Assembly: GCA_964016885.1 (NCBI GenBank)
Contig: OZ024744.1
Span: forward strand, 101,680,001-101,744,000
From: Eledone cirrhosa
Taxonomy: Eukaryota
Length of the DNA stretch: 64,000 nucleotides
Reading direction: 5' to 3'
Positions 1-13,600 of this stretch are shown in pieces. The stretch's first letter is position 1, and each line of letters opens with the position of its first letter. The position numbers and the translations under genes were made by a program. The notes under the pieces are model-generated. The model was not told where the DNA came from and searched no databases. It worked only from the letters and a program-made list of their open reading frames with translations.

Positions 1-2059
1 GTTTGTTTATTATTGGCTTTGTTTATTGTTGGTTTGTTTATTATTGGCTTTGTTTATTGTTGGTTTGTTTATTGTTGGCTTTGTTTATTGCTGGTTTGTT
101 TGTTGGTGGCTTTGTTTATTGTTGGTTTGTTTATTGTTGGCTTTGTTTATTGTTGGCTTTGTTTATTGTTGGTTTGTTTATTATTGGCTTTTTTTATTGT
201 TGTTTTGGTTATTTGTGGCTTTGTTTATTGTTGGTTTGTTTATTGTTGCCTTTGTTTATTGTTGGTTTGTTTATTGTTGGCTTTGTTTATTATGGGTTTG
301 TTTATTGTTGGCCTTTTTTATTGTTGGTTTGTTTATTGTTGGCTTTGTTTATTGTTCGTTTGCTTATTGTTGATTTATTTATTGTTGGCTTTGTTTATTG
401 TTGGTTTGTTTATTGTTGGTTTTGTTTATTGTTGGTTTGTTTATTATTTGCTTTGTTTATTGTTGGTTTGTTTATTGTTGGCTTTGTTTATTTTTGGTTT
501 GTTTATTACTGGCTTTGTTTATTGTTGGTTTGTTTATTGTTGGCTTTGTTTATTGTTGGTTTGTTTATTGTTTGCTTTGTTTATTGTTGGGTTTTTTATT
601 GCAGGCTTTGTTTAATGTTGGTTTGTTTTATTGTTGGCTTTGTTTATTTTTGGTTCCTTTATTGTTGGCTTTGTTTATTGTTGGTTTGTTTATTGTTGCC
701 TTTGTTTATTGTTGGTTTGTTTATTGTTGGCTTTGTTTATTGTTGGTTTGTTTATTGTTGGCTTTTTTATTGTTGGTTTGTTTATTGTTGGCTTTGTTTA
801 TTGTTGGTTTGTTTATTATTGGGTTTGTTTATCGTTGGTTTCTTTATTGTTGGCTTTGTTTATTGATGGTTTGTTTATTGTTGGCTTTGTTTATTGTTGG
901 TTTGTTTATTGGTGGCTTTGTTTATTGTTGGTTTGTTTATTGTTGGCTTTGTTTATTGTTGGGTTTTTTATTGCAGGCTTTGTTTAATGTTGGTTTGTTT
1001 TATTGTTGACTTTGTTTATTTTTGGTTCCTTTATTGTTGGCTTTGTTTATTGTTGGTTTGTTTATTGTTGGCTTTGTTTATTGTTGGTTTGTTTATTGTT
1101 GGCTTTTTTTATTGTTGGTTTGTTTATTGTTGGCTTTGTTTATTGTTGGTTTGTTTATAGGTGGATTTGTTTATTGTTGGTTTGCTTATTGGTGGCTTTG
1201 TTTATTGTTGGTTTGTTTATTGTTGGATTTGTTAATTGTTGGTATATTTATTATTGGCTTTAATTATTGTTGGTTTGTTTATTGTTGGTTTGTTTATTGT
1301 TGGCTTTGTTTATTCTTGGTTTGTTTATTGCTGGCTTTGTTTAATTTTAGTTTGTTTACTGTTGGCTTTGTTTATTTTTTGTTTGTTTATTGTTGGCTTT
1401 GTTTATTGTTGGTTTGTTTATTGTTGGTTTGTTTATTGTTGGCTTTGTTTATTGTTGGTTTGTTTATTGTTCGCTTTCTTTATTGTTGGTTTGTTTATTA
1501 TTGGCTTTGTTTATTGTTGGTTTGATTATTGTTGGCTTTGTTTATTGTTGGTTTGTTCATTGTTGGCTTTGTTTATTGCTGGTTTGTTTATTGGTGGCTT
1601 TGTTTATTGTTGGTTTGTTTATTGTTGGCTTTGTTTATTGTTGGCTTTGTTTATTGTTGGTTTGTTTATTATTGGCTTTGTTTATTGTTGTTCTGCTTAT
1701 TTGTGGCTTTGTTTATTGTTGGTTTGTTTATTGTTAGCTTTGTTTATTGTTGGTTTGTTTATTATTGGCTTTAATTATTGTTGGTTTGTCTATTGTTGGC
1801 TTTGTTTATTGTTGGTTTCTTTATTGTTGGCTTTGTTTATTGTTGGTTTGTTTATTGTTGGCTTTGTTTATTGTGGGTTTGTTTATTGTTGGCTTTTTTT
1901 ATTGTTGGTTTGTTATTGTTGGCTTTGTTTATTGTTCGTTTGTTTATTGTTGGTTTGTTTATTGTTGGCTTTGTTTATTGTTGGTTTGTTTATTGTTGGC
2001 TTTGTTTATTGTTGGTTTGTTTATTGTTGGCTTTGTTTATTGTTGGTTTGTTTATTGTT

Positions 2060-2400
2060 GGTTTTGTTTATTATGGGTTTGTTTATTGTTGGCTTTTTTT
2101 ATTGTTGGTTTGTTTATTGTTGGCTTTGTTTATTGTTCGTTTGCTTATTGTTGATTTATTTATTGTTGGCTTTGTTTATTGTTGGTTTGTTTATTGTTGG
2201 CTTTGTTTATTGTTGGCTTTGTTTATTGTTGGTTTGTTTATTGTTGGCTTTGTTTATTGTGGGTTTGTTTATTGTTGGCTTTGTTTATTATGGGTTTGTT
2301 TATTGTTGTCTTTGTGTATTGTTGGTTTGTTTATTGTTGGCTTTGTTTATTGTTCGTTTGCTTATTGTTGATTTATTTATTGTTGGCTTTGTTTATTGTT
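2060..2400. repeat. 217-bp (7 x 31) local duplication of the 'ttcgtttgcttattgttgatttatt' module; also at ~21480-21800 and ~48320-48620
   Basis: ORFs ending '...CSFAYC*' come in pairs 217 bp apart: 2154/2371, 21571/21788, 48392/48609. Homologous blocks ending at 11009 and 58113 have a single copy. Confidence 0.85.
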
Positions 2401-5400
2401 GGTTTGTTTATTGTTGGCTTTGTTTATTGTTGGTTTGTTTATTATTTGCTTTGTTTATTGTTGGTTTGTTTATTGTTGGCTTTGTTTATTTTTGGTTTGT
2501 TTATTACTGGCTTTGTTTATTGTTGGTTTGTTTATTGTCGGCTTTGTTTATTGTTGGTTTGTTTATTGTTGGCTTTGTTTATTGTTGGGTTTTTTATTGC
2601 AGGCTTTGTTTAATGTTGGTTTGTTTTATTGTTGGCTTTGTTTATTTTTGGTTCCTTTATTGATGGCTTTGTTTATTGTTGGTTTGTTTATTGTTGGCTT
2701 TGTTTATTGTTGGTTTGTTTATTGTTGGCTTTTTTATTGTTGGTTTGTTTATTGTTGGCTTTGTTTATTGTTGGTTTGTTTATTATTGGCTTTGTTTATT
2801 GTTGGTTTCTTTATTGTTGGCTTTGTTTATTGATGGTTGGTTTATTGTTGGCTTTGTTTATTGTTGGTTTGTTTATTGGTGGCTTTGTTTAATGTTGGTT
2901 TGTTTATTGTTGGCTCTGTTTATTGTTGGCTTTGTTTATTGTTGGTTTGTTTATTATTGGCTTTAATTATTGTTGGTTTGTCTATTGTTGGCTTTGTTTA
3001 TTGTTGGTTTGTTTATTGTCGGTTTTGTTTATTGTTGCTTTCTTTATTGTTGGTTTGTTTATTGTTGGCTTTGTTTATTGCTCGTTTGTTTATTGTTGGT
3101 TTGTTTATTGTTGGCTTTGTTTATTGTTGGTTTGTTTATTGTTGGCTTTGTTTATTGTTTGGTTTTTTATTGCAGGCTTTGTTTAATGTTGGTTTGTTTT
3201 ATTGTTGGCTTTGTTTATTTTTGGTTCCTTTATTGTTGGCTTTGTTTATTGTTGGTTTGTTTATTGTTGGCTTTGTTTATTGTTGGTTTGTTTATTGTTG
3301 GCTTTTTTTATTGTTGGTTTGTTTATTGTTGGCTTTGTTTCTTGTTGGTTTGTTTATTATTGGCTTTGTTTATTGTTGGTTTCTTTATTGTTGGTTTGTT
3401 TTTTGTTAGTTTGTTTATTGTTGTCTTTGTTTATTTTTGGTTTGTTTATTGTCGGCTTTGTTTATTGTTGGTTTGTTTATTGTTGGCTTTCTTTATTGTT
3501 GGTTTGTTTATTATTGGCTTGGTTTATTGTTGATTTATTTATTGTTGGTTTGTTTATTATTGGCTTTGTTTATTGTTGGTTTGTTTATTGTTGGCTTTGT
3601 TTATTGTTGGTTTGTTTATTATTGGCTTTGTTTATTTTTGGTTTGTTTATTGTTGGCTTTGTATATTTTTGGTTTGTTTATATACTGGCTTTGTTTATTG
3701 TTGGTTTGTTTATTGTTGGCTTTGTTAATAGTTGGTTTGTTTATTGTTGGTTTGTTTATTGTTGGCTTTGTTTGTTGTTGCTTTGTTTATTGCTGGCTTT
3801 GTTTAATGTTAGTTTGTTTATTGTTGGTTTGTTTATTGTTGGCTTCGTTTATTGCTGGTTTGTTTATTGGTGGCTTTGTTTATTGTTGGTTTGTTTATTG
3901 TTGGCTTTGTTTATTGTTGGCTTTGTTTATTGTTGGTTTGTTTATAATTGGTTTTGTTTATTGTTGTTTTGCTTATTTGTGGCTTTGTTTAATGTTGGTT
4001 TGTTTATTGTTGGCTTTGTTTATTGTTGGTTTGTTTATTATTGGCTTTAATTATTGTTGGTTTGTCTATTGTTGGCTTTGTTTATTGTTGGTTTGTTTAT
4101 TGTTGGCTTTGTTTATTGTTGCTTTCTTTATTGTTGGTTTGTTTATTGTTGGCTTTGTTTATTGCTCGTTTGTTTAGTGTTGGTTTGTTTATTGTTGGCT
4201 TTGTTTATTGTTGGTTTGTTTATTGTTGGCTTTGTTTATTGTTGGTTTGTTTATTATTTGCTTTGTTTATTGTTGGTTTGTTTATTGTTGGCTTTGTTTA
4301 TTTTTGGTTTGTTTATTACTGGCTTTGTTAATTGTTGGTTTGTTTATTGTTGGTTTTGTTTATTGTTGGTTTGTTTATTGTTGGCTTTGTTTATTGTTGG
4401 GTTTTTTATTGCAGGCTTTGTTTAATGTTGGTTTGTTTTATTGTTGGCTTTGTCTATTTTTGGTTCCTTTGTTGTTGGCTTTGTTTATTGTTGGTTTGTT
4501 TATTGTTGGCTTTGTTTATTGATGGTTTGTTTATTGTTGGCTTTTTTTATTGTTGGTTTGTTTATTGTTGGCTTTGTTTATTGTTGGTTTGTTTATTATT
4601 GGCTTTGTTTATTGTTGGTTTCTTTATTGTTGGCTTTGTTTATTGTTGGTTTGTTTATTGTTGGCTTTGTTTATTGTTGGTCTGTTTATTGGTGGATTTG
4701 TTTATTGTTGGTTTGTTTATTGTTGGCTTTGTATATTGTTGGCTTTGTTTATTGTTGGTTTGTTTATTGTTGGCTTTGTTTATTGTTGGTTTGCTTATTG
4801 GTGGCTTTGTTTATTGTTGGTTTGTTTATTGTTGGCTTTGTTAATTGTTGGTTTATTTATTATTGGCTTTAATTATTGTTGGTTTGTCTATTGTTGGCTT
4901 TGTTTATTGTTGGTTTGTTTATTGTAGGCTTTGTGTATTATTGGCTTTGTTTATTGTTGGTTTGTTTATTGTTGCTTTGTTTATTGTTGGTTTGTTTATT
5001 GTTGGTTTGTTTATTGTTGGTTTGTTTATTGTTGTTTTTTTATTGTCGGCTTTGTTTAATGTTGGTTCGTTTATTGTTGGTTTCTTTATTTTTGGTTTGT
5101 TTTTTATTAGTTTGTTTATTGTTGGTTTGTTTATTGTTGGCTTTGTTTATTGTTGGTTTGTTTATTGTTGGCTTTGTTTCTGGTTTGTTTGTTTATTATT
5201 GGCTTTGTTTATTTTTGTTTTGTTTATTGTTGGCTTTGTATATTTTTGGTTTGTTTATATACTGGCTTTGTTTATTGTTGGTTTGTTTATTGTTGGCTTT
5301 GTTTATAGTTGGTTTGTTTATTGTTGGTTTGTTTATTGTTGGCTTTGTTTATTGTTGGTTTGTTTATTGCTGGCTTTGTTTAATGTTAGTTTGTTTATTG

Positions 5401-7639
5401 TTGGCTTTGTTTATTTTTTGTTTGTTTATTGTTGGCTTTGTTTATTGTTGGTTTGTTTATTGTTGGTTTGTTTATTGTTGGCTTTGTTTATTGTTGGTTT
5501 GTTTATTGTTCGCTTTCTTTATTGTTGGTTTGTTTATTATTGGCTTTGTTTATTGTTGGCTTTGTTTATTATTGGCTTTGTTTATTGTTGGTTTGTTTAT
5601 TGTTGGCTTTGTTTATTGCTGGTTTGTTTGTTGGTGGCTTTTTTTATTGTTGGTTTGTTTATTGTTGGCTTTGTTTATTGTTGGCTTTGTTTATTGTTGG
5701 TTTGTTTATTATTGGCTTTGTTTATTGTTGTTTTGGTTATGTGTGGCTTTGTTTATTGTTGGTTTGTTTATTGTTGGCTTTGTTTATTGTTGGTTTGTTT
5801 ATTATTGGCTTTAATTATTGTTGGTTTGTCTATTGTTGGCTTTGTTTATTGTTGGTTTGTTTATTGTTGGCTTTGTTTATTGCTCGTTTGTTTATTGTTG
5901 GTTTGTTTATTGTTGGCTTTATTTATTGTTGGTTTGTTTATTGTTGGCTTTGTTTATTGTTGGTTTGTTTATTGTTGGCTTTGTTTATTGTTGGTTTGTT
6001 TATTGTTGGCTTTGTTTATTATGGGTTTCTTTATTGTTGGCTTTTTTTATTGTTGGTTTGTTTATTGTTGGCTTTGTTTATTGTTCGTTTGCTTATTGTT
6101 GATTTATTTATTGTTGGCTTTGTTTATTGTTGGTTTGTTTATTGTTGGTTTTGTTTATTTTGGTTTGTTTATTATTTGCTTTGTTTATTGTTGGTTTGTT
6201 TATTGTTGGCTTTGTTTATTTTTGGTTTGTTTATTACTGGCTTTGTTTATTGTTGGTTTGTTTATTGTCGGCTTTGTTTATTGTTGGTTTGTTTATTGTT
6301 GGCTTTGTTTATTGTTGGTTTGTTTATTGTTGGCTTTTTTATTGTTGGTTTGTTTATTGTTGGCTTTGTTTATTGTTGATTTGTTTATTATTGGCTTTGT
6401 TTATCGTTGGTTTCTTTATTGTTGGCTTTGGTTATTGATGGTTTGTTTATTGTTGGCTTTGTTTATTGTTGGTTTGTTTATTGGTGGCTTTGTTTATTGT
6501 TGGTTTGTTTATTGTTGGCTCTGTTTATTGTTGGCTTTGTTTATTGTTGGTTTGTTTATTATTGGCTTTAATTATTGTTGGTTTGTCTATTGTTGGCTTT
6601 GTTTATTGTTGGTTTGTTTATTGTCGGTTTTGTTTATTGTTGCTTTCTTTATTGTTGGTTTGTTTATTGTTGGCTTTGTTTATTGCTCGTTTGTTTATTG
6701 TTGGTTTGTTTATTGTTGGCTTTGTTTATTGTTGGTTTGTTTATTGTTGGCTTTGTTTATATTTGGTTTGTTTATTGTTGGCTTTGTTTATTGTTGGGTT
6801 TTTTATTGCAGGCTTTGTTTAATGTTGGTTTGTTTTATTGTTGACTTTGTTTATTTTTGGTTCCTTTATTGTTGGCTTTGTTTATTGTTGGTTTGTTTAT
6901 TGTTGGCTTTGTTTATTGTTGGTTTGTTTATTGTTGGCTTTTTTTATTGTTGGTTTGTTTATTGTTGGCTTTGTTTATTGTTGGTTTGTTTATTGGTGGA
7001 TTTGTTTATTGTTGGTTTGCTTATTGGTGGCTTTGTTTATTGTTGGTTTGTTTATTGTTGGCTTTGTTTATTGTTGGGTTTTTTATTGCAGGCTTTGTTT
7101 AATGTTGGTTTGTTTTATTGTTGGCTTTATTTATTTTTGGTTCCTTTATTGTTGGCTTTGTTTATTGTTGGTTTGTTTATTGTTGGCTTTGTTTATTGTT
7201 GGTTTGTTTATTGTTGGCTTTGTTTATTGTTGGTTTGTTTATTGGTGGATTTGTTTATTGTTGGTTTGTTTATTGTTGGCTTTATTTATTGTTGGCTTTG
7301 TTTATTGTTGGTTTGTTTATTGTTGGCTTTGTTTATTGTTGGTTTACTTATTCGTGGCTTTGTTTATTGTTGGTTTGTTTATTGTTGGCTTTGTTAATTG
7401 TTGGTTTATTTATTATTGGCTTTAATTATTGTTGGTTTGTCTATTGTTGGCTTTGTTTATTGTTGGTTTGTTTATTGTTGGTTTTGTTTATTGTTGCTTT
7501 CTTTATTGTTGGTTTGTTTATTGTTGTCTTTGTTTATTGCTCGTTTGTTTATTGTTGGTTTGTTTATTGTTGGCTTTGTTTATTGTTGGTTTGTTTATTA
7601 TTTGCTTTGTTTATTGTTGGTTTGTTTATTGTTGGCTTT

Positions 7640-10600
7640 GTTTATTTTGGGTTTTTTTATTACTGGCTTTGTTTATTGTTGGTTTGTTTATTGTTGGCTT
7701 TGTTTATTGTTGGTTTGTTTATTGTTGGCTTTGTTTATTGTTGGGTTTTTTATTGCAGGCTTTGTTTAATGTTGGTTTGTTTTATTGTTGGCTTTGTTTA
7801 TTTTTGGTTCCTTTATTGTTGGCTTTGTTTATTGTTGGTTTGTTTATTGTTGGCTTTGTTTATTGTTGCTTTGTTTATTGTTGGCTTTTTTTATTGTTGG
7901 TTTGTTTATTGTTGGCTTTGTTTATTGTTGGTTTGTTTATTGGTGGATTTTTTTATTGTTGGTTTGCTTATTGGTGGCTTTGTTAATTGTTGGTTTATTT
8001 ATTATTGGCTTTAATTATTGTTGGTTTGTTTATTGTTGGTTTGTTTATTGTTGGTTTGTTTATTGTTGCTTTGTTTATTGTTGGTTTGTTTATTGTTGGT
8101 TTGTTTATTGTTGGTTTGTTTATTGTAGGCTTTGTTTAATGTTGGTTCGTTTATTGTTGGCTTTGTTTATTGTTGGTTTCTTTATTGTTCGTTTGTTTTT
8201 TGTTAGTTTGTTTATTGTTGTCTTTGTTTATTTTTGGTTTGTTTATTGTCGGCTTTGTTTATTGTTGGTTTGTTTATTGTTGGCTTTCTTTATTGTTAGT
8301 TTGTTTATTATTGGCTTGGTTTATTGTTGGTTTATTTATTGTTGGTTTGTTTATTGTTGGCTTTGTTTATTGTTGGTTTGTTTATTGTTGGCTTTGTTTA
8401 TTGTTGGTTTGTTTATTATTGGCTTTGTTTATTTTTGGTTTGTTTATTGTTGGCTTTGTATATTTTTGGTTTGTTTATATACTGGCTTTTTTTATTGTTG
8501 GTTTGTTTATTGTTGGCTTTGTTTATAGTTGGTTTGTTTATTGTTGGTTTGTTTATTGTTGGCTTTGTTTATTGTTGGTTTGTTTATTGCTGGCTTTGTT
8601 TAATGTTAATTTGTTTATTGTTGGCTTTGTTTATTTTTTGTTTGTATATTGTTGGCTTTGTTTATTGTTGGTCTGTTTATTGTTGGCTTTGTTTATTGTT
8701 GGTTTGTTTATTGTTCGCTTTCTTTATTGTTGGTTTGTTTATTATTGGCTTTGTTTATTGTTGGTTTCTTTATTGTTGGCTTTGTTTATTGTTGGTTTGT
8801 TTATTGTTGGTTTTGTTTATTGTTGGTTTGTTTATTGTTGGCTTTGTTTATTGCTCGTTTGTTTATTGTTGGTTTGTTTATTGTTGGCTTTGTTTATTGT
8901 TGGTTTGTTTATTGTTGGCTTTGTTTATTGTTGGTTTGTTTATTGTTGGCTTTGTTTATTGTTGGTTTGTTTATTGTTGGCTTTGTTTATTATGGGTTTG
9001 TTTATTGTTGGCTTTTTTTATTGTTGGTTTGTTTATTGTTGGCTTTGTTTATTGTTCGTTTGCTTATTGTTGATTTATTTATTGTTGGCTTTGTTTATTG
9101 TTGGTTTGTTTATTGTTGGTTTTGTTTATTGTTGGTTTGTTTATTATTTGCTTTGTTTATTGTTGGTTTGTTTATTGTTGGCTTTGTTTATTTTTGGTTT
9201 GTTTATTACTGGCTTTGTTTATTGTTGGTTTGTTTATTGTCGGCTTTGTTTATTGTTGGTTTGTTTATTGTTGGCTTTGTTTATTGTTGGGTTTTTTATT
9301 GCAGGCTTTGTTTAATGTTGGTTTGTTTTATTGGTGGCTTTGTTTATTTTTGGTTCCTTTATTGTTGGCTTTGTTTATTGTTGGTTTGTTTATTGTTGGC
9401 TTTGTTTATTGTTGGTTTGTTTATTGTTGGCTTTTTTATTGTTGGTTTGTTTATTGTTGGCTTTGTTTATTGTTGGTTTGTTTATTATTGGCTTTGTTTA
9501 TCGTTGGTTTCTTTATTGTTGGCTTTGTTTATTGATGGTTTGTTTATTGTTGGCTTTGTTTATTGTTGGTTTGTTTATTGGTGGATTTGTTTATTGTTGG
9601 TTTGTTTATTGTTGGCTCTGTTTATTGTTGGCTTTGTTTATTGTTGGTTTGTTTATTATTGGCTTTAATTATTGTCGGTTTGTCTATTGTTGGCTTTGTT
9701 TATTGTTGGTTCGTTTATTGTCGGTTTTGTTTATTGTTGCTTACTTTATTGTTGGTTTGTTTATTGTTGGCTTTGTTTATTGCTCGTTTGTTTATTGTTG
9801 GTTTGTTTATTGTTGGCTTTGTTTATTGTTGGTTTGTTTATTGTTGGCTTTGTTTATAGTTGGTTTGTTTATTGTTGGCTTTGTTTATTGTTGGGTTTTT
9901 TATTGCAGGCTTTGTTTAATGTTGGTTTGTTTTATTGTTGACTTTGTTTATTTTTGGTTCCTTTATTGTTGGCTTTGTTTATTGTTGGTTTGTTTATTGT
10001 TGGCTTTGTTTATTGTTGGTTTGTTTATTGTTGGCTTTTTTTATTGTTGGTTTGTTTATTGTTGGCTTTGTTTATTGTTGGTTTGTTTATTGGTGGATTT
10101 GTTTATTGTTGGTTTGCTTATTGGTGGCTTTGTTTATTGTTGGTTTGTTTATTGTTGGCTTTGTTTATTCTTGGTTTGTTTATTGCTGGCTTTGTTTAAT
10201 TTTAGTTTGTTTATTGTTGGCTTTGTTTATTTTTTGTTTGTTTATTGTTGGCTTTGTTTATTGTTGGTTTGTTTATTGTTGGTTTGTTTATTGTTGGCTT
10301 TGTTTATTGTTGGTTTGTTTATTGTTCGCTTTCTTTATTGTTGGTTTGTTTATTATTGGCTTTGTTTATTGTTGGTTTGATTATTGTTGGCTTTGTTTAT
10401 TGTTGGTTTGTTCATTGTTGGCTTTGTTTATTGCTGGTTTGTTTATTGGTGGCTTTGTTTATTGTTGGTTTGTTTATTGTTGGCTTTGTTTATTGTTGGC
10501 TTTGTTTATTGTTGGTTTGTTTATTATTGGCTTTGTTTATTGTTGTTCTGTTTATTTGTGGCTTTGTTTATTGTTGGTTTGTTTATTGTTAGCTTTGTTT

Positions 10601-13600
10601 ATTGTTGATTTGTTTATTATTGGCTTTAATTATTGTTGGTTTGTCTATTGTTGGCTTTGTTTATTGTTGGTTTCTTTATTGTTGGCTTTGTTTATTGTTG
10701 GTTTGTTTATTGTTGGCTTTGTTTATTGTGGGTTTGTTTATTGTTGGCTTTTTTTATTGTTGGTTTGTTATTGTTGGCTTTGTTTATTGTTCATTTGTTT
10801 ATTGTTGGTTTGTTTATTGTTGGCTTTGTTTATTGTTGGTTTGTTTATTGTTGGCTTTGTTTATTGTTGGTTTGTTTATTGTTGGCTTTGTTTATTGTTG
10901 GTTTGTTTATTGTTGGCTTTGTTTATTATGGGTTTGTTTATTGTTGGCTTTTTTTATTGTTGGTTTGTTTATTGTTGGCTTTGTTTATTGTTCGTTTGCT
11001 TATTGTTGATTTATTTATTGTTGGCTTTGTTTATTGTTGGTTTGTTTATTGTTGGCTTTGTTTATTGTTGGTTTGTTTATTATTTGCTTTGTTTATTGTT
11101 GGTTTGTTTATTACTGGCTTTGTTTATTGTTGGTTTGTTTATTGGTGGCTTTGTTTATTGTTGGTTTGTTTATTGTTGGCTTTGTTTATTGTTGGCTTTG
11201 TTTATTGTTGGTTTGTTTATTATTGGCTTTAATTATTGTTGGTTTGTCTATTGTTGGCTTTGTTTATTGTTGGTTTGTTTATTGTTGGTTTTGATTATTG
11301 TTGCTTTCTTTATTGTTGGTTTGTTTATTGTTGGCTTTGTTTATTGCTCGTTTGTTTAATGTTGGTTTGTTTATTATTTGCTTTGTTTATTGTTGGTTTG
11401 TTTATTGTTGGCTTTGTTTATTTTTGGTTTGTTTATTACTGGCTTTGTTTATTGTTGGTTTGTTTATTGTTGGCTTTGTTTATTGTTGGTTTGTTTATTG
11501 TTGGGTTTGTTTATTGTTGGGTTTTTTATTGCAGGCTTTGTTTAATGTTGGTTTGTTTTATTGTTGGCTTTGTTTATTTTTGGTTCCTTTATTGTTGGCT
11601 TTGTTTATTGTTGGTTTGATTATTGTTGGTTTGTTTATTGTTGGCTTTTTTATTGTTGGTTTGTTTATTGTTGGCTTTGTTTATTGTTGCTTTGTTTATT
11701 ATTGGCTTTGTTTATTGTTCGTTTCTTTATTGTTGGCTTTGTTTATTGATGGTTGGTTTATTGTTGGCTTTGTTTATTGTTGGTTTGTTTATTGGTGGCT
11801 TTGTTTAATGTTGGTTTGTTTATTGTTGGCTCTGTTTATTGTTGGCTTTGTTTATTGTTGGTTTGTTTATTATTGGCTTTAATTATTGTTGGTTTGTCTA
11901 TTGTTGGCTTTGTTTATTGTTGGTTTGTTTATTGTCGGTTTTGTTTATTGTTGCTTTCTTTATTGTTGGTTTGTTTATTGTTGGCTTTGTTTATTGCTCG
12001 TTTGTTTATTGTTGGTTTGTTTATTGTTGGCTTTGTTTATTGTTGGTTTGTTTATTGTTGGCTTTGTTTAATGTTGGTTTGTTTATTGTTGGCTTTGTTT
12101 ATTGTTGGGTTTTTTATTGCAGGCTTTGTTTAATGTTGGTTTGTTTTATTGTTGGCTTTATTTATTTTTGGTTCCTTTATTGTTGGCTTTGTTTATTGTT
12201 GGTTTGTTTATTGTTGGCTTTGTTTATTGTTGGTTTGTTTATTGTTGGCTTTGTTTATTGTTGGTTTGTTTATTGGTGGATTTGTTTATTATTTACTTTG
12301 TTTATTGTTGGTTTGTTTATTGTTGGCTTTGTTTATTTTGGGTTTGTTTATTACTGGCTTTGTTTATTTTTGGTTCCTTTATTGTTGGCTTTGTTTATTG
12401 TTGGTTTGTTTATTGTTGGCTTCGTTTATTGTTGGTTTGTTTATTGTTGGCTTTTTTATTGTTGGTTTGTTTATTGTTGGCTTTGTTTATTGTTGGTTTG
12501 TTTATTATTGGCTTTGTTTATCGTTGGTTTCTTTATTGTTGGCTTTGTTTATTGATGGTTTGTTTATTGTTGGCTTTGTTTATTGTTGGTTTGTTTATTG
12601 GTGGATTTGTTTATTGTTGGTTTGTTTATTGTTGGCTCTGTTTATTGTTGGCTTTGTTTATTGTTGGTTTGTTTATTATTGGCTTTAATTATTGTGGGTT
12701 TGTCTATTGTTGGCTTTGTTTATTGTTGGTTCGTTTATTGTCGGTTTTGTTTATTGTTGCTTTCTTTATTGTTGGTTTGTTTATTGTTGGCTTTGTTTAT
12801 TGCTCGTTTGTTTATTGTTGGTTTGTTTATTGTTGGCTTTGTTTATTGTTGGTTTGTTTATTGTTGGCTTTGTTTATAGTTGGTTTGTTTATTGTTGGCT
12901 TTGTTTATTGTTGGGTTTTTTATTGCAGGCTTTGTTTAATGTTGGTTTGTTTTATTGTTGACTTTGTTTATTTTTGGTTCCTTTATTGTTGGCTTTGTTT
13001 ATTGTTGGTTTGTTTATTGTTGGCTTTGTTTATTGTTGGTTTGTTTATTGTTGGCTTTTTTTATTGTTGGTTTGTTTATTGTTGGCTTTGTTTATTGTTG
13101 GTTTGTTTATTGGTGGATTTGTTTATTGTTGGTTTGCTTATTGGTGGCTTTGTTTATTGTTGGTTTGTTTATTGTTGGCTTTGTTTATTCTTGGTTTGTT
13201 TATTGCTGGCTTTGTTTAATTTTAGTTTGTTTATTGTTGGCTTTGTTTATTTTTTGTTTGTTTATTGTTGGCTTTGTTTATTGTTGGTTTGTTTATTGTT
13301 GGTTTGTTTATTGTTCGCTTTCTTTATTGTTGGTTTGTTTATTATTGGCTTTGTTTATTGTTGGTTTGATTATTGTTGGCTTTGTTTATTGTTGGTTTGT
13401 TCATTGTTGGCTTTGTTTATTGCTGGTTTGTTTATTGGTGGCTTTGTTTATTGTTGGTTTGTTTATTGTTGGCTTTGTTTATTGTTGGCTTTGTTTATTG
13501 TTGGTTTGTTTATTATTGGCTTTGTTTATTGTTGTTCTGTTTATTTGTGGCTTTGTTTATTGTTGGTTTGTTTATTGTTAGCTTTGTTTATTGTTGATTT

